64,000 nt of DNA, from assembly GCF_021028975.2 (NCBI RefSeq), contig NC_059426.1:74400001-74464000 (forward strand), given 5' to 3'. The notes below the pieces were generated by a model. It was not told the origin of the DNA. It ran no database searches and saw only the letters and a list, made by a program, of their open reading frames with translations. Source of the DNA: Sphaerodactylus townsendi (lineage: Eukaryota). Shown here one piece after another: positions 61,484 to 64,000 of the stretch; positions within the stretch are counted from its first letter, which is position 1; every line of letters starts with the position of its first letter. The translations under genes and the position numbers were made by a program.

Positions 61484-62310
61484 CTAACAAAAGCAAAAAT
61501 ACCAATTTTCACCCTGGAGATTCAAGAAGATATTCCCGACACCACAGTACACCCGTCACAAAAGACCTCTACACTCTAAGGTATTCAATTTTTTTAATCA
61601 GATCTAAGACACTTGCTTAGTATCACATAGGAAACAATGAGGTCAAGGCAAGTGTCTCAGTTTATACGCAAAGTCACTATTGAATCAGTACAAGCTAGTT
61701 TCCATGACAACTAGATTCTCAAATTGCATTTTAATTGCACCACAATTCTGGAAACCCTAGTATTTTGCACTCAGAGACCAACCCAGCCTCATGATTTCTG
61801 AGCTCTCTACTTTAAGGAAACCCTTTCAAGGTAGGACAAGGTGGTTTAGGAACACTTCTACCACACACACTTCTACCACACACACACAAGCCCACTGGGT
61901 CTCACAGTGGCACTGTGCAAACAAGGTCTATCTCAAACACTTTTCATTGTGCACAGTTCTAGAGCGGCAGTGGCTGGAACTTGTGACCCACACTGCTGTC
62001 ATTGGAGAAAAGACCTCACCTCCCAGATCACAGTGTGAAAGCCACTGCCTTGAGGTTAAGGCACATGGTTGCTGCTCAACTATACCATAGGTGTGGCGAG
62101 TGTGAATGTTCTTCATATTATAAGAGGTCCTTGTATGCATATGACTACTTTATGACAAGGGAGGCTCTAGCAAGACCCACTTCTCCCAACATAGAAGTTC
62201 ATATATACAAGAGGTACAACCATAAATCACATTAGGAGGAAAGGCAGCATACAACTGTAAAACAAAACCACACACACAGCAGGTCCCACCCAGAATACAG
62301 CTGCACTCTA

Positions 62311-62550
<240 letters not shown>

Positions 62551-64000
62551 TCAGCTGACTGTTCCTAAATTTATCATGAAATGTATAAACAGATGCTTGC
62601 AGCTACAGATTTGACTAACTGATCTTTATCAAGCCTGGCTGTACTCAGGTTCACAATACAGTACAGATACTTCACTACAATCCACTTCCCCCAGACCTCA
62701 CAGCAATGCAGTTGGGTTTTGTTTTTTTAAAAGGTGACATTTACACACAGGTCACGTTGGCTTGGGAATTTCAGTAACACATTTGCTAGTATGAGAAGAC
62801 AACACTGGGATTATAAAATCTGGTTTGAAGAGTCATAATGGCAATGAGGTTTGAGTATCTGAGACATACTTCCCCCCATTTAACCATTAAACTATCACCA
62901 ACACTACACAGTAATTTCTCCATTCTAGCTCAGTCCCAGGTAGTGCACACTTTAAGCTTTGTGAAGTTAAGAAAAAAGTTGGAGACAGTAGCCAAGGTTA
63001 ACATGATGTGGGAAATTAATTCCTTAGGAACCAGAGGTCACTGGCAGCAAAATCCCCCCTAGCAGTTTCAATAATATAATTTGTTTTGCAGCTATGAAAT
63101 TCAGGGTTTTTTATAGCTTGTTGTATAAGCACCTTCCTTCAAATCCAGGGCTCATTCCGCACATGCAGAATAATGCACTTTTAAACTGCTTTCAGTGCTC
63201 TTTGAAGCTGTGCGGAATGGCAAAATCCACTTGCAAACAGTTGTGAAAGTGGTTTGAAAACGCATTATTCTGCGTGTGCGGAAGGGACCCAGGATATAGA
63301 AATCAATGCTCCAGAACAGATTTGAAAGGCATCTAAAGGCACACAACCAGCTCTCAAACCCTAGTGTAAATTTTAACCATGCATATTTTAAGTAAATGGG
63401 CTGAGTTCTAAAAAAGGCCATTCAATGTGGACTAACACTCAGAATCACCATTTTTAACAGAAATTCAGACTACCGCCTTAAATAAGTTGATACTACTGCA
63501 ATGAGCAGTTTGGTGCTTCGCTTTGGAAAAAATGTATGTTAAACATTAATCTCACAAAACACCCTGGCTGCAGGCTCCAAGAAATATCTGTACACAGGTG
63601 AAAGATTTTCAGCAACCTTTTCCACATTCTTGAAAGAGCCAGAAGGTGCCTGCCCTCACACCCTTCGCTCCAAGCTGATAAGTCTATGGACAACGCCAGC
63701 TGCCTATAGTCCAACCCCACCCCAAAATTATTGACTGGCTCCAAACAAGACAAATTAAAAAGATCTATTTCATCAAGACTTCTGACTCTCCAACCAAAAG
63801 ACTTTAGTAATGCCAGCGTAGACAAAAGTATTATCTCAGAGCCAAGGTCAATGGAAGCGCAGTTACACTTTACCAGAGACCAGCTCTGGAGACTTTGCAC
63901 CCAAATTCAGCTTATTTCACAAATTTGAACGGCATTCTGGCTCGTGGTGGCCCAAACCTCCCACGCGCCATGGCAGTTTCATGGGAGCCCGTTGGTTACA

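Overview
Vertebrate genomic DNA, most likely a squamate reptile (probably a gecko, judging from the SINE, CR1, L2 and hAT repeat content). The window holds the complete BEST1 (bestrophin-1) coding sequence on the + strand: 9 coding exons, 31691-55581, 2289 nt, 762 aa. One BEST1 intron is GC-AG, and a candidate RPE-type promoter and non-coding exon 1 lie at about 27700-27952. Exons 2-4 of FTH1 (ferritin heavy chain) lie tail-to-tail on the - strand (60681-62493); FTH1 exon 1 and its IRE are outside the window. The rest is a dense transposon landscape: L1/Tx1, CR1, L2, SINEs, hAT and Harbinger-like MITEs, two solo LTRs, Penelope remnants with hammerhead cores, and a very decayed ERV pol-env relic. 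The observations most worth following up are: an OTX-SOX-OTX-E-box promoter module resembling the human BEST1 promoter; His at BEST1 residue 13, where R13H is a human disease allele; an unexplained ~200-bp CpG-dense insert splitting a SINE; a decayed antisense C2H2 zinc-finger array split by CR1 inside a BEST1 intron; and a templated 137-bp duplication. I found no convincing new multi-gene system. Comparisons with human and chicken sequences are from recall, not from a search.
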